64,000 nt of DNA. It comes from Escherichia coli (lineage in GTDB: Bacteria > Pseudomonadota > Gammaproteobacteria > Enterobacterales > Enterobacteriaceae). The stretch lies in the NCBI RefSeq assembly GCF_030384885.1, contig NZ_CP128613.1; one strand, written 5' to 3'. Position numbers and translations under genes: made by a program. Under the pieces are notes generated by a model that saw nothing but the letters and a program-made list of their open reading frames with translations, did not search any database and was not told the origin of the DNA. The first letter of the stretch is position 1. Each line of letters starts with the position of its first letter. Shown here one piece after another: positions 1-16,628 of the stretch.

Positions 1-93
1 GGCGCACCGGATGCTATCGCATCGGATGTTGCCCGCCTGCACGCACACTATTTGCAGCTTGCGTCGCAGTTTGTCTCACAGGAAAAACCGTAA
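1..93 (+). CDS. coaE: dephospho-CoA kinase, C-terminal fragment (gene starts upstream of window)
   Basis: Frame-1 translation ends ...[21 protein letters not shown] then TAA at 91-93, overlapping the zapD ATG (TAATG); synteny with zapD/yacG. Confidence 0.7.
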   Translation, partial: GAPDAIASDVARLHAHYLQLASQFVSQEKP

Positions 94-836
94 TGCAGAC
101 CCAGGTCCTTTTTGAACATCCACTAAATGAAAAAATGCGTACATGGCTGCGCATTGAGTTTTTGATTCAGCAACTCACCGTTAATCTACCCGTCGTTGAC
201 TACGCTGGCGCTCTGCATTTCTTCCGCAATGTCAGTGAATTACTGGATGTTTTCGAGCGCGGCGAAGTCCGTACTGAGCTGTTGAAAGAACTTGACCGCC
301 AGCAGCGCAAACTCCAGACCTGGATTGGCGTGCCTGGCGTGGACCAGAGCCGTATTGAAGCATTAATTCAGCAGTTAAAAGCGGCGGGGAGCGTATTAAT
401 TTCCGCGCCGCGTATCGGGCAATTTCTGCGTGAAGATCGTTTGATTGCTCTGGTGCGTCAGCGACTGAGCATCCCAGGCGGCTGTTGTAGCTTTGATTTA
501 CCTACATTGCACATTTGGCTGCATCTACCCCAGGCGCAGCGTGACAGCCAGGTAGAAACCTGGATTGCCAGCCTGAACCCGCTCACCCAGGCACTTACCA
601 TGGTGCTGGATTTAATTCGCCAGTCGGCCCCCTTCCGTAAACAAACCAGCCTGAATGGTTTTTATCAGGATAACGGTGGCGATGCCGACTTGCTGCGCCT
701 GAATCTGTCGCTCGATTCACAGCTTTATCCGCAAATTTCCGGTCATAAGAGCCGTTTTGCCATTCGTTTTATGCCGCTGGACAGTGAAAACGGACAGGTA
801 CCGGAACGTCTGGATTTCGAACTGGCCTGTTGCTAA
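93..836 (+). CDS. zapD: cell division factor ZapD
   Basis: 247-aa ORF; sequence and position between coaE and yacG match the recalled E. coli protein. Confidence 0.9.
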   Translation: MQTQVLFEHPLNEKMRTWLRIEFLIQQLTVNLPVVDYAGALHFFRNVSELLDVFERGEVRTELLKELDRQQRKLQTWIGVPGVDQSRIEALIQQLKAAGSVLISAPRIGQFLREDRLIALVRQRLSIPGGCCSFDLPTLHIWLHLPQAQRDSQVETWIASLNPLTQALTMVLDLIRQSAPFRKQTSLNGFYQDNGGDADLLRLNLSLDSQLYPQISGHKSRFAIRFMPLDSENGQVPERLDFELACC

Positions 837-845
837 GGAGTAAAA

Positions 846-1040
846 ATGTCAGAAACTATTACGGTGAATTGCCCAACCTGCGGGAAAACGGTGGTATGGG
901 GTGAAATCAGCCCGTTTCGGCCATTTTGTTCCAAACGTTGTCAGCTGATCGACCTAGGAGAATGGGCTGCTGAAGAAAAGCGAATCCCCAGCAGTGGCGA
1001 TCTTTCCGAAAGCGATGACTGGAGCGAAGAGCAGAAGTAA
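846..1040 (+). CDS. yacG: DNA gyrase inhibitor YacG (zinc ribbon)
   Basis: 64-aa ORF with CPTCG...FCSKRC zinc-ribbon cysteines; follows zapD by 10 bp. Confidence 0.85.
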   Translation: MSETITVNCPTCGKTVVWGEISPFRPFCSKRCQLIDLGEWAAEEKRIPSSGDLSESDDWSEEQK

Positions 1041-1074
1041 TTGGGTGTAAAAGGTGAGATGTTGTCGGATGCAG

Positions 1075-1195
1075 CGCGAATGCCTTATCCGACCTGCAAG
1101 ACCTTTTATATCAACGCATTAAAAAAATTGTAGGCCTGATAAGACGCGCCAGCGTCGCATCAGGCATCCAGTGTAAATGTCGGATGCCTTAACCG
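1075..1195. repeat. REP (repetitive extragenic palindromic) element cluster
   Basis: Imperfect palindromes of the gccggatg.../gcatccggc and taggcctgataagacgcgccagcgtcgcatcaggc type between convergent yacG and mutT. Confidence 0.6.
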
Positions 1196-1197
1196 AT

Positions 1198-1587
1198 CTA
1201 CAGACACTTAAGCTTCGCAATTACCGGTTCATTGGCTGGCGGAAAATCATCTGCATTGAGGCAGGCCTGCGAAATCCACTCACTGGGCTGCCCTTCTTTA
1301 CCCCACGGCTCCCCTTCCCAGCTTTCGACCAGCCAGAACCACAGTGTTATATGCCTGTCCGGGAATTCATATTCCAGTTTTTCAAATAGCGAATAATGTT
1401 GTGGGGTAATCCCGACTTCTTCCTGAAGTTCACGCACCACCGCCTGTTCCGGCGTTTCGCCCATTTCAATTTTACCGCCTGGAAACTCCAGTTTATTCGC
1501 CATGTGCGCATCTGCGGCGCGACGGGTTATAAAGATTTCATTGTTCTCGTTGCGAATAATACCTACCGCAATTTGCAGCTTTTTCAT
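1198..1587 (-). CDS. mutT: 8-oxo-dGTP diphosphatase (Nudix)
   Basis: 129-aa ORF with Nudix box GGKIEMGETPEQAVVRELQEEVGI; lies downstream of secA. Confidence 0.9.
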   Translation of the reverse strand: MKKLQIAVGIIRNENNEIFITRRAADAHMANKLEFPGGKIEMGETPEQAVVRELQEEVGITPQHYSLFEKLEYEFPDRHITLWFWLVESWEGEPWGKEGQPSEWISQACLNADDFPPANEPVIAKLKCL

Positions 1588-1645
1588 TGTCTTAAACCTA
1601 TAAAAAAGGCGCAGAATCCTGCGCCTTTTGTTTCAAGAGTTAGCT

Positions 1646-4351
1646 TTATTGCAGGCGACCGTGGCACTGCTTGTATTTTTTACCAGAACCGCACGGGCAA
1701 GGATCATTACGTCCAACTTTGCGTTCACCGGTTTGTGCCGCCAGTGCAGCTGCGGCTGCAGAGTCATCATCCTGATGGCTAAGCTGCTGCATTTGCGCTA
1801 AACGCTCGGCTTCCATACGACGCTGTTGTTCCAGCTCTTCAACCTCTTCAGGCATACGTACCTGGACTTTGCTCAGCGTGCTGATGACTTCATATTTCAG
1901 CGACTCCAGCATCGCTGCAAACATGGAGAACGATTCACGTTTGTATTCCTGCTTCGGATCTTTCTGTGCATAGCCACGCAGGTGGATACCTTGACGCAGA
2001 TAATCCATCGCTGCCAGGTGCTCTTTCCACAGGGAGTCAAGCGTTTGCAGCATGACGCCTTTCTCGAAGTGACGCATCATCTCAGCGCCAACCACTTCTT
2101 CTTTACGCTGATACACTTCGATGGACTGCGCCAGAATACGCTCACGCAGCGTCTCTTCATGCAGTTCTGGCTCTTTGTCCAGCCACTCGGCAATCGGCAA
2201 ATCGAGGTCGAAATCGTTCTTCAGACGTTCCTGCAGCCCCGGAATATCCCACATTTCTTCCAGCGACTGCGGCGGAATGTAGGCATCGATGGTCGCTTTG
2301 AACACATCTTCACGAATGCTGTTGATGGTATCGCTCACATCGCTGACATCCAGCAGTTCATTACGCTGGGAGTAAATAGCGCGACGCTGATCGTTAGCCA
2401 CGTCATCATATTCCAGCAGTTGCTTACGAATATCGAAGTTACGGCTTTCAACTTTACGCTGAGCGTTGGCAATCGCTTTGGTCACCCACGGGTGCTCGAT
2501 GGCTTCGCCTGGTTTCATACCCAGTTTACGCATCATGCCGGAAACACGGTCAGAAGCAAAAATACGCATCAGCGCATCTTCCATCGACAGGTAGAAACGG
2601 GAAGAACCGGCATCCCCCTGGCGCCCAGAACGACCGCGTAGCTGGTTATCGATACGACGAGATTCGTGACGTTCTGTACCGATGATATGCAGACCACCTG
2701 CAGCCAGTACCGCATCGTGACGCACCTGCCAGTCGGCTTTGATTTTTTCAATTTGCTCTGCGGTCGGATTTTCCAGCGCGGCAACTTCTGCCTGCCAGCT
2801 ACCACCGAGCACAATATCTGTACCACGACCCGCCATGTTAGTCGCGATAGTCACCGCCGCCGGATAACCCGCTTGTGCAACAATCGCTGCTTCGTTAGCG
2901 TGGAATTTGGCGTTCAGAACGTTGTGTTTGATACCGGCTTTGGTCAGCTCGTTTGACACCAATTCCGATTTTTCGATGGAGATAGTACCCACCAGCACTG
3001 GCTGGCCCTTCGCAGTACGCTCTTTGATATCTTCGATGATCGCCTGGATTTTTTCCGCTTCAGTCATATAGACCAGATCTGGCAGATCTTTACGAATCAT
3101 CGGACGGTTGGTTGGAACAACAACGGTATCCAGCTTGTAGATTGAGCTAAATTCGAAAGCTTCGGTATCAGCAGTACCGGTCATGCCCGCCAGTTTTTCA
3201 TACAAACGGAAGTAGTTCTGGAAGGTGATCGACGCCAGCGTCTGGTTTTCGTTCTGAATCTGTACACCTTCTTTCGCTTCCACTGCCTGATGCAGGCCAT
3301 CGGACCAGCGACGTCCCTGCATGGTACGACCGGTGTGTTCATCAACGATGATAACTTCACCATCTTTAACGATGTAGTCGACGTCACGGGTAAACAGTGC
3401 GTGAGCACGCAGCGCCGCGGTTACGTGGTGCATCAGCATAATATTAGCCGGAGAGTACAGCGACTCCCCTTCATCCATGATGCCTTCTTTCACCAGCAGC
3501 TCTTCGATCAGCACCAGACCACGTTCAGTCAAGTTCACCTGGCGAGATTTTTCATCCACCGAGAAGTGGCCTTCGCCCTGGAAGGTTTCGGAGTCTTCTT
3601 TTTCCTGACGAATCAGGTGCGGAATGATTTTGTTCACGCGTTTATACATTTCCGAGCTGTCTTCAGCCGGGCCGGAAATGATCAGCGGTGTACGCGCTTC
3701 ATCGATCAGGATGGAGTCCACTTCGTCCACCAGCGCATAGTGCAGTTTACGTTGTACACGTTCTTCAGGGCTGAATGCCATGTTATCGCGCAGGTAGTCA
3801 AAGCCGTATTCGTTGTTCGTACCGTAAGTGATGTCAGCTGCGTAAGCTTCACGCTTCGCCGGTGCTGGCATGCCCGGCAGGTTGATACCGACAGTCAGGC
3901 CAAGGAATTCAAACAGCGGACGGTTGTTTTCGGCGTCACGTTGCGCCAGGTAGTCGTTGACGGTAACAACGTGTACGCCCTTACCGGTTAATGCGTTCAG
4001 GTAAGCAGGCAGCGTTGCGGTCAGGGTTTTACCTTCACCGGTACGCATTTCCGCGATGCAGCGTTCGTTAAGAACCATACCGCCGAGTAACTGAACGTCG
4101 AAGTGACGCATACCAAAGACGCGCTTACTTGCCTCACGCACCACAGCGAAAGCTTCTGGGATCAGATTTTCCAGCACTTCGCCTTTTTCCAGACGTGCAC
4201 GAAACTCTGCGGTTTTCCCTTTCAGTTCTTCGTCGGAGAGTTTTTCCATCTCCGGTTCCATGGCATTGATGATGTTGACGACTTTGCGCATCCGGCGCAG
4301 GGTGCGATCGTTACGACTACCGAAAACTTTAGTTAATAATTTGATTAGCAT
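1646..4351 (-). CDS. secA: preprotein translocase ATPase SecA
   Basis: 901-aa ORF with Walker A GEGKT and C-terminal zinc-binding [14 protein letters not shown]. Confidence 0.95.
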   Translation of the reverse strand: MLIKLLTKVFGSRNDRTLRRMRKVVNIINAMEPEMEKLSDEELKGKTAEFRARLEKGEVLENLIPEAFAVVREASKRVFGMRHFDVQLLGGMVLNERCIAEMRTGEGKTLTATLPAYLNALTGKGVHVVTVNDYLAQRDAENNRPLFEFLGLTVGINLPGMPAPAKREAYAADITYGTNNEYGFDYLRDNMAFSPEERVQRKLHYALVDEVDSILIDEARTPLIISGPAEDSSEMYKRVNKIIPHLIRQEKEDSETFQGEGHFSVDEKSRQVNLTERGLVLIEELLVKEGIMDEGESLYSPANIMLMHHVTAALRAHALFTRDVDYIVKDGEVIIVDEHTGRTMQGRRWSDGLHQAVEAKEGVQIQNENQTLASITFQNYFRLYEKLAGMTGTADTEAFEFSSIYKLDTVVVPTNRPMIRKDLPDLVYMTEAEKIQAIIEDIKERTAKGQPVLVGTISIEKSELVSNELTKAGIKHNVLNAKFHANEAAIVAQAGYPAAVTIATNMAGRGTDIVLGGSWQAEVAALENPTAEQIEKIKADWQVRHDAVLAAGGLHIIGTERHESRRIDNQLRGRSGRQGDAGSSRFYLSMEDALMRIFASDRVSGMMRKLGMKPGEAIEHPWVTKAIANAQRKVESRNFDIRKQLLEYDDVANDQRRAIYSQRNELLDVSDVSDTINSIREDVFKATIDAYIPPQSLEEMWDIPGLQERLKNDFDLDLPIAEWLDKEPELHEETLRERILAQSIEVYQRKEEVVGAEMMRHFEKGVMLQTLDSLWKEHLAAMDYLRQGIHLRGYAQKDPKQEYKRESFSMFAAMLESLKYEVISTLSKVQVRMPEEVEELEQQRRMEAERLAQMQQLSHQDDDSAAAAALAAQTGERKVGRNDPCPCGSGKKYKQCHGRLQ

Positions 4352-4412
4352 AATAAAATCTCAAACGCCCCGTGTTGCGGAGTCAATAAAATGAAATAAA
4401 GGTTTATTGTTG

Positions 4413-5140
<728 letters not shown>

Positions 5141-5155
5141 ACAGTATAAATGTCG

Positions 5156-6094
<939 letters not shown>

Positions 6095-6173
6095 CTATCC
6101 AACCGAAGTGTACTATACATTCGGCGGGCCAGTTTAGCACAAAGAGCCTCGAAACCCAAATTCCAGTCAATTC

Positions 6174-7325
6174 TTAATCAGCTTGCTTACGCAGGAATGC
6201 TGGGATATCCAGATAATCCGGCTCTTTCGCAGTTTGCGGTGCGTTGTCATTCACGACTTTAGCAACCGGTTTCTGCTCCTGAGTCAGCGGTGCCATCCCG
6301 TGCTGCTGGTAGCGATCCATCACTGGCTGCTGAACCTGCTTATTGGTCACCAGGGTGATTTCAGGACGTTTGTCCATACCGATACCTGTCGCAACAACAG
6401 TTACGCGCAGCTCGTCATTCATATCCGGGTCAAGAGAAGTACCGATAACCACAGTTGCGTTGTCGGATGCAAATGCACGGATGGTGTTACCTACCGTTTC
6501 GAACTCATCCAGACGCAGGTCGAAGCCCGCCGTGATGTTAACCAGCACGCCGCGCGCGCCAGACAGATCGATATCTTCCAGCAGCGGAGAGGAGATAGCC
6601 ATTTCAGCAGCTTCTTCCGCACGGTCTTCGCCGCTCGCCACACCAGAACCCATCATTGCGTAGCCCATTTCAGACATTACGGTACGTACGTCTGCAAAGT
6701 CCACGTTCATCAGGCCTGGACGAGTAATCAGTTCAGCGATACCTTGCACAGCACCTTTCAGTACATCGTTCGCTGCGCCAAATGCATCCAGCAGGGAAAT
6801 ACCGCGGCCCAAGACTTTCAGCAGTTTGTCGTTAGGGATAGTGATCAGAGAGTCCACATGCTTGGACAGTTCTGTGATCCCCTGCTCAGCGAATGCCATA
6901 CGCTTCTTGCCTTCAAAGTTGAAAGGCTTAGTCACGACAGCAACGGTCAGGATCCCCAAATCTTTTGCCACTTCAGCGACAACTGGTGCTGCACCAGTAC
7001 CGGTACCACCACCCATACCCGCAGCAATAAAGACCATGTCTGCACCTTCCAGCGCCGCACGCAGTGCATCGCGATCCTCATCAGCCGCATTACGGCCAAC
7101 TTCTGGATTTGCGCCAGCTCCCAGTCCTTTGGTGATACCGCTACCGATTTGAATCGTCTGTCCAACCGCTGTTTTACGCAGCGCTTGTGCATCGGTATTT
7201 ACCGCGAAGAATTCAACACCTTCAATGCGCTCGCGCACCATGTGTTCAACAGCATTACCGCCGCCGCCGCCGACGCCGATGACTTTAATCACCGCGTCAT
7301 TGGTAAGTTCCATTGGTTCAAACAT
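6174..7325 (-). CDS. ftsZ: cell division GTPase FtsZ
   Basis: 383-aa ORF with tubulin signature GGGTGTG and N-terminal [12 protein letters not shown]. Confidence 0.97.
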
Positions 7326-7385
7326 AGTTTCTCTCCGATTTGTGCCTGTCGCCTGAGGCCGTAATTATCGTCGGCCTCATAAAAA

Positions 7386-8648
7386 TTAAAACTCTTTTCG
7401 CAGCCAACTATTGAGTCGCTTGATCCACGAGCCAACTGATGCTGTAACACGTTTTTCTACTTCAGCTTCACCGTTAAGATGTGACTCTTTCCCATAGTGA
7501 AGCAATCCCACCGCCGTCGAATAATACGGCTCCTGAGCATAATCCGTTAAACCGGTAATGTTCAGCGGCGCGCCGATACGCACTTGCGTATGAAACACGC
7601 GCTGAGCACAGGCTGCAAGACCTTCGATCTGCGCTGCGCCACCAGTTAAAACAATGCCTGCCGCCAGGTGATGTTTAACCCCTTGTTGGCGAAGCTTTTC
7701 CTGCAACTGCAATATCTCTTCGTTGACCAGGTTGAGCAGCTCGGTATAGCGCGGCTCGATCACCTCTGCCAGGGTCTGACGTTGCAGACTCCGCGGTGGA
7801 CGACCGCCTACGCTAGGCACTTCCACGCTCTCATCTTTTCCAACGATGGAACCCAGCGCACAACCGTGGCGAACTTTAATCGCTTCGGCGTCGCTTGGCG
7901 GCGTGCCAAAGGCGTAAGCGATATCACTGGTCACGACATTGCCAGCATAAGGAATTACCTTAGTGTGGCGCAATGCCCCACCGGTATAAACGGCGATATC
8001 CATTGTACCACCACCGATATCGACGACGCAGACACCCAGTTCACGTTCATCTTCCGTCAATACCGAATAACTTGATGCCAGTCCGGCAAATATCAGTTGG
8101 TCAACTTTCAGCCCACAACGTTCAACCGCTTTGACGATGTTTTTCGCCATATCGTTGTGACATGTGATCAGGTGCACTTTTGCCTGCATCCGCACGCCCG
8201 AAAGTCCTACCGGATTCTTGATCCCTTCCTGATAGTCAATCGCATACTCTTGCGGGATCACATGCAGCACACGATGCTCATCGCGCACACGCACTGATTT
8301 CGCGGTATGGACGACGTTTTCCACATCTTCTTGCGTCACTTCTTCTTCAGAAATAGGCACCATACCAATTTCATTCTGGCAGCTGATGTGCTTACCAGAA
8401 AGCGCCAGATATACCGAAGAGATCTGACAATCTGCCATCAATTCTGCCTGGTCAATGGCGCGTTGTACGCACTTGACCACGGATTCGAGGTCGTTCACCC
8501 CGCCTTTATCCATACCACGCGACGGGCAGCTGCCCACGCCAATGATATTGACCATACCGTCGGGCAGAACTTCCCCTACTAAAGCGGCAACCTTCGCGGT
8601 ACCAATCTCCAGTCCTACTACCAGTTTTCTGTCCGTCGCCTTGATCAT
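7386..8648 (-). CDS. ftsA: cell division protein FtsA (actin-like ATPase)
   Basis: 420-aa ORF; dcw cluster synteny. Confidence 0.95.
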   Translation of the reverse strand: MIKATDRKLVVGLEIGTAKVAALVGEVLPDGMVNIIGVGSCPSRGMDKGGVNDLESVVKCVQRAIDQAELMADCQISSVYLALSGKHISCQNEIGMVPISEEEVTQEDVENVVHTAKSVRVRDEHRVLHVIPQEYAIDYQEGIKNPVGLSGVRMQAKVHLITCHNDMAKNIVKAVERCGLKVDQLIFAGLASSYSVLTEDERELGVCVVDIGGGTMDIAVYTGGALRHTKVIPYAGNVVTSDIAYAFGTPPSDAEAIKVRHGCALGSIVGKDESVEVPSVGGRPPRSLQRQTLAEVIEPRYTELLNLVNEEILQLQEKLRQQGVKHHLAAGIVLTGGAAQIEGLAACAQRVFHTQVRIGAPLNITGLTDYAQEPYYSTAVGLLHYGKESHLNGEAEVEKRVTASVGSWIKRLNSWLRKEF

Positions 8649-9475
8649 TGTTGTTCTGCCTGTGCCTGATTTTGTTGCTGAGTAGATTCCTCTGGCGGCA
8701 AGGGCGCCCAGCCTACTGCCGCTCCAGAGTCATAACGCAAATCAACGTAGCTAATCCGTTTGCCATCGGTTTGCGCCTGCTGCTGTAAAACCGGATAAAG
8801 TTCTACAAAGCGAGCCAAACGTTTCATCGTATCGCCCCGGCCAAGATTGAGCTTAATATCGTTATTCAGCGTCAACTGCCAGGAACGCCGCGCGGTCATC
8901 GCCGCTTCCTTCAGAGTAAATCTGTCCTTTGCCAGCATCTGCCCCATTTCGCGATAGCCCTGCAACACTTCATTGGCGCTGCCTTCCGGGCCATACAGCA
9001 TTGGAAGCACCTGCTTGCTGGTGCGATCTGGTGGTACGCTGAAAGTGTTTCCTTCCGCGTCTACCATATGTTGATCATTCCACCGCGCAATCGGCACATA
9101 TTCAACCAGATGAATCTTCAATTCATCAGGCCACTGCTTTCTGACGCTCACCTGCTTAATCCACGGCAGGCGTTGTTCTATTTGCGTCTGGATGATGTTG
9201 ACATCCTGGGTCATAAAGGTACCTGGCTCACCCAATGCCAGGATCGACTGTCGGATATCATCATTACGCGTGTAATGGCGTTCACCGGTCAACACCAGCT
9301 TTGAGAGCGGCAGGCGTTGCGCATCTTCCATCCAGCCCAACACGACCCAGCCGCTCACCAACACTGTCGTTAAAACGGTCAGCAGGAAAAGGATCCCCGC
9401 CAGACGCGTTCCATTATTGCGGCGCGAAGAAACTTCTTCTTCGCTGTTTCGCGTGTTCAGAGCAGCCTGCGACAT
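8645..9475 (-). CDS. ftsQ: cell division protein FtsQ
   Basis: 276-aa ORF with one N-terminal transmembrane segment; 4-bp overlap with ftsA. Confidence 0.93.
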   Translation of the reverse strand: MSQAALNTRNSEEEVSSRRNNGTRLAGILFLLTVLTTVLVSGWVVLGWMEDAQRLPLSKLVLTGERHYTRNDDIRQSILALGEPGTFMTQDVNIIQTQIEQRLPWIKQVSVRKQWPDELKIHLVEYVPIARWNDQHMVDAEGNTFSVPPDRTSKQVLPMLYGPEGSANEVLQGYREMGQMLAKDRFTLKEAAMTARRSWQLTLNNDIKLNLGRGDTMKRLARFVELYPVLQQQAQTDGKRISYVDLRYDSGAAVGWAPLPPEESTQQQNQAQAEQQ

Positions 9476-9476
9476 A

Positions 9477-11865
<2,389 letters not shown>

Positions 11866-11918
11866 TCTTTACGCCATTAACTTCTTACATTCATACGATG
11901 CAAAAGGCATCGCTACAA

Positions 11919-12986
11919 TTACGCCCGGGCAGCCCGGCTCACTTCATTTGCCACTCGCTCGGTGGCATCCGGAATGGATGCAGCACGGGCGCGTTCTGCC
12001 ATGGTTAATAAGGTTTCTCGCGACCACCCGGCCAGGGTGTTGGCGACAGCATCCACAGTAAGCTGTGGCTGCTCGATAATTTTGGCTGCGCCCGCTTTTT
12101 CCAGCGGTAGCGCATTCCAGTATTGCTGGCGGTCTTTATGTTGAAACGGCACAAACAATGCCGGTAGCCCCGCTGCGGCAATTTCACTCACCGTTAACGC
12201 GCCGGAGCGGCAAACAACGACATCCGCCCACGCATACGCCGCCGCCATATCATCAATAAATTCCGTCACTTTATGCTGCGGTTGCCCCGCTTCCGCATAC
12301 GCCTGTTCAACGGATTGTTGCGAACCTTTGCCGCTCTGATGCCAGATAGTGACTGAATCGCCCAGCTTTGCTGCAACCTGCGGCATTGTTTGGTTAAGAA
12401 TACGAGCGCCCTGAGAACCGCCCACTACCAACACACGAACCGGACCTTCACGACCAGCCAAACGTTGCTGCGGCAGTGGCAACGCCAACACATCGGTACG
12501 CACCGGGTTACCCACCACTTCCGCATTAGGGAAAGCGCCTGGAAACGCCTGCATCACTTTGGTGGCAATCTTCGCCAGCCATTTATTGGTTAAGCCCGCA
12601 ATACCATTTTGTTCATGAAGTACAACCGGAATGCCTAACGACCACGCGGCCAGACCACCTGGGCCTGATACGTAGCCGCCCATTCCGAGCACCACATCAG
12701 GTTTGAACGCTTTCATAATCGCCCGTGCCTGACGCCAGGCGTTAAAAATACGCAGAGGCGCAGCTAACAGTGCTTTTATACCTTTACCACGCAGACCAGA
12801 GATACGAATGAAATCAATTTCGATGCCATGTTTTGGCACTAAGTCCGCTTCCATACGGTCGGCAGTCCCCAGCCAGCGAACTTGCCAACCCTGAGCCATT
12901 AGATGGTGCGCAACCGCCAGTCCCGGGAACACATGTCCACCGGTTCCGCCGGCCATCACCATTAATCGCTTTCCTTGACCACTCAT
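11919..12986 (-). CDS. murG: UDP-GlcNAc:undecaprenyl-PP-MurNAc-pentapeptide GlcNAc transferase
   Basis: 355-aa ORF; synteny. Confidence 0.95.
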
Positions 12987-14227
12987 CGTGAACCTCGTAC
13001 AAACGCCTGCGCTTTCTCCAGACGCGTTTCATAATCAATACGCAACAGCATCATGATGGCTGTCGACATAATCAGTAAGCTCGAACCACCGTAACTGATC
13101 AGCGGCAATGTCAGACCTTTGGTCGGTAACATCCCCGCCGCCGCACCTACGTTAACCAGCGCCTGGAAGCTAAACCAGATGCCAATGGAACAGGCGAGAA
13201 AACCGGAAAAACGATGGTCAATTTCTAATGCTTTACGGCCAATCGACATCGCACGAAAAGCGACGAAGAATACCATTAAAAGTGCTAGTACCACACCGAC
13301 ATAACCTAATTCTTCGCCGATAATGGCGAAAATAAAGTCAGTGTGTGCTTCCGGCAGATACTCCAGTTTTTGAACCGAGTTACCTAAACCTTGCCCCCAC
13401 AGTTCGCCGCGACCAAACGCCATCAGCGATTGCGTTAACTGATAGCCGCTACCAAAGGGATCTTCCCACGGATTCCAGAATGCGGTAACACGGCGGATAC
13501 GGTACGGTTCGGCGAGGATCAGTAACACAACCGCTGAAATCCCCATGCCGATAATGGCAATGAACTGCCACAATTTCGCCCCCGCCAGGAACAACATCGC
13601 CAGCGTGGTCACAAACAGCACCACCACCGTACCAAGGTCTGGCTGTGCCAGCAGTAACACTGCCAACACCAAAATCACGCCCATCGGTTTCAAGAAGCCG
13701 CGCAGGTTATTACGCACTTCGTCGCCTTTACGCACCAGATAGTTGGCGATATAGCAAAACAGCGACAGTTTTGTCAGCTCCGCAGGCTGGATACGCAGCA
13801 AGCCGAGATCGATCCAACGCGATGCCCCTTTAACAGAGCTACCCACTACCAGAACGATCATCAACAGGATGATTGAACCGAGTAGCATCGTAGCGCTGTA
13901 ACGTTGCCAGAACTCCATCGGCAGACGCAGCGTAATGATCGCCAGAATGAACGCCAGGATCAGGTAGACGCCATCACGCTTAGCGAAGAAAAAGGGATCG
14001 TTAGTCAAGCGTTGTCCGATAGGCATTGATGCGGACGTCACCATGATAAAGCCGATCGCCGCGAGGCCGAAGGTCAGCCACAGTAAGGTGCGATCGTACA
14101 TGATCAGGCTGTCGGTATCTTTTTCCCGCGAGCCCATCACCCAGCCCTTTAGCGCCGTGGAGATCCAGACCAGGATACTGAATCCTGGCAGGCGCGGCAT
14201 TTTCAGGCGAGGGAGAGATAAACGCAT
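12983..14227 (-). CDS. ftsW: peptidoglycan glycosyltransferase FtsW (SEDS family)
   Basis: Polytopic membrane protein ORF; start placed at the second Met to give 414 aa (first Met at 14230 is the alternative); overlaps the murD stop. Confidence 0.9.
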
Positions 14228-15543
14228 CAACCTAACTCCTTCGCCAGACGGGCAAACTCATTGCCTCGTTGTTCAAAGTTCTTGAATTGATCAAGGCTGG
14301 CACAGGCCGGGGAGAGCAGAACCATATCTCCTGGTTGAACACGCGGAGCCAGCAAGCGCATCGCCTGTTCCATGGTTTCGGTTTGTTCTGCCACTTCCGG
14401 GCGCAGTGCCGCCAGCTGTGCGCCGTCACGACCGAAACAATACAAACGTACGTTATCGCCATTCAGGTAACGTGCCAGCGGACTAAAGTCCGCCGATTTA
14501 CCATCGCCGCCCAGCAACAAATGCAGCGTGCCATCTACGTGCAGGCCATTGAGCGCCGCTTCCGTACTGCCGACATTGGTCGCTTTCGAGTCGTTAATCC
14601 AGCGCACACCGTTATGTTCCAGCACCACTTCAAAGCGATGCGGCAAACCAGTGAACGTAGTTAACGCTTTCAGGCTACTGGCGCGTGGCAAACCAGCTGC
14701 GTCTGCCAGCGCCAGTGCCGCCAGCGCATTGGTGTAGTTATGCTGACCGGAAAGTTTCATCTCTTTCACGTTCAACACTTTCTCGCCTTTCACCCGCAGC
14801 CAGGTTTCACCCTGCTGATGATTCAAGTGATAGTCGCCCATATTGATACCAAAGCTAACGCAGCGTTCATCCGCACCACGAATCGGCATTGTTAAGGCAT
14901 CATCAGCATTAACCACGCAAACTTTCGCATTTTCATAAATGCGCAGTTTTGCCGCACGATACTGCTGTAAACCAAATGGATAGCGATCCATATGATCTTC
15001 AGTCACGTTCAGAATGGTCGCTGCTACCGCCTGTAAGCTGGAGGTGGTTTCAAGCTGGAAGCTAGACAGCTCCAGCACGTACAGTTCGCACTCAGCATCC
15101 AACAGCATCAACGCGGGCAGGCCAATGTTGCCACCCACGCCAACGTTAACGCCCGCCGCTTTCGCCATTTCACCCACTAGCGTGGTGACCGTGCTTTTGC
15201 CGTTAGAACCGGTAATCGCCACAATCGGTGCTTGTGCTTCGCGACAGAACAGCTCGATATCGCCAACGATTTCGATTCCGGCATCAGCGGCAGCGCTTAA
15301 GGATGGATGCGCCAGTGCAATACCGGGACTGGCGACAATCAGATCGGCCGCCATCAGCCATTCATCATTCAGACCGCCCGTGTGGCGTTCTACGGCTTCG
15401 GGTAATTTATCCAGGCCAGGCGGTGTCATCCGCGTATCCATAACGCGCGGCGTCACACCGCGAGCGAGGAAAAAGTCCACGCAAGAAAGCCCGGTGAGGC
15501 CCAGGCCGATAATGACGACATTTTTACCCTGGTAATCAGCCAT
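14227..15543 (-). CDS. murD: UDP-N-acetylmuramoylalanine--D-glutamate ligase
   Basis: 438-aa ORF; synteny. Confidence 0.95.
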
Positions 15544-15545
15544 GA

Positions 15546-16628
15546 TTAACGTACCTTCAGCGTTGCCAGACCAATCAGGACCAGCATCAGCGAAATAATC
15601 CAGAAACGTACAATGACGCGCGGTTCCGGCCAGCCTTTCAGTTCATAGTGGTGATGAATCGGTGCCATGCGGAAAATACGTTGTCCGCGCAGTTTAAAGG
15701 AGCCGACCTGCAAAATAACCGACAGGGTTTCAACGACAAACACGCCCCCCATAATCACCAGCAGGAATTCCTGACGCAGCAGTACGGCGATAATGCCTAA
15801 CGCACCACCTAACGCCAGCGAACCGACATCGCCCATAAAGACCTGCGCCGGATAGGTGTTAAACCACAGGAAGCCCAGCCCTGCCCCGACTATCGCGGTA
15901 CAGACAATGACCAGTTCCCCGGCGTGTCGTAGATACGGTATGTGTAAATAGCTGGCAAAGTTCATGTTGCCGGTTGCCCATGCCACCAGCGCAAAACCAC
16001 CGGCGACGAATACAGTCGGCATAATCGCCAGGCCATCAAGACCATCGGTCAGGTTTACCGCGTTGCCGGTGCCCACAATGACGAAGTAAGCCAGCAGAAT
16101 GTAGAACAGCCCCAACTGCGGCATCACATCTTTAAAGAACGGGACCACCAGCTGCGTTGCGGGCGTGTCTTTCCCGGCAAGGTACAAAGCGAAAGCAACA
16201 CCCAGCGCAATAACCGACATCCAGAAATACTTCCAGCGAGCAATCAACCCCTTGGTGTCTTTACGCACTACTTTGCGATAGTCATCAACGAAGCCAATAA
16301 CACCGTAACCGACCAGCACGACCAACACGCACCAGACATACGGGTTGGACGGGTATGCCCACAGCAGCACGGAGATCACAATCGCTGTCAGGATCATAAT
16401 CCCGCCCATGGTCGGCGTACCGCGCTTGCTGAAGTGTGATTCAGGACCGTCGTTACGCACCACCTGACCAAAGGAGAGTTTTTGTAAATGAGCAATCATG
16501 CGCGGGCCCATCCACAATGAGATGAACAGCGCAGTCAGCAGGCTGACGATGGCGCGAAACGTCAGATAGGAAAAGACGTTAAAGCCGGAATAATATTTGA
16601 CCAAATGTTCGGCCAGCCAAACTAACAT
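15546..16628 (-). CDS. mraY: phospho-N-acetylmuramoyl-pentapeptide transferase
   Basis: 360-aa membrane protein ORF; synteny. Confidence 0.95.

Noticed and set aside
1177-1389. 70-aa plus-strand ORF overlapping mutT and the REP cluster
   Set aside because: Starts inside the REP elements and runs antisense to mutT; spurious.
6183-7364. 393-aa ORF on the plus strand opposite ftsZ
   Set aside because: Fully antisense to a highly conserved gene, low-complexity Cys/His/Arg-rich translation and no ribosome-binding site context; typical shadow ORF.
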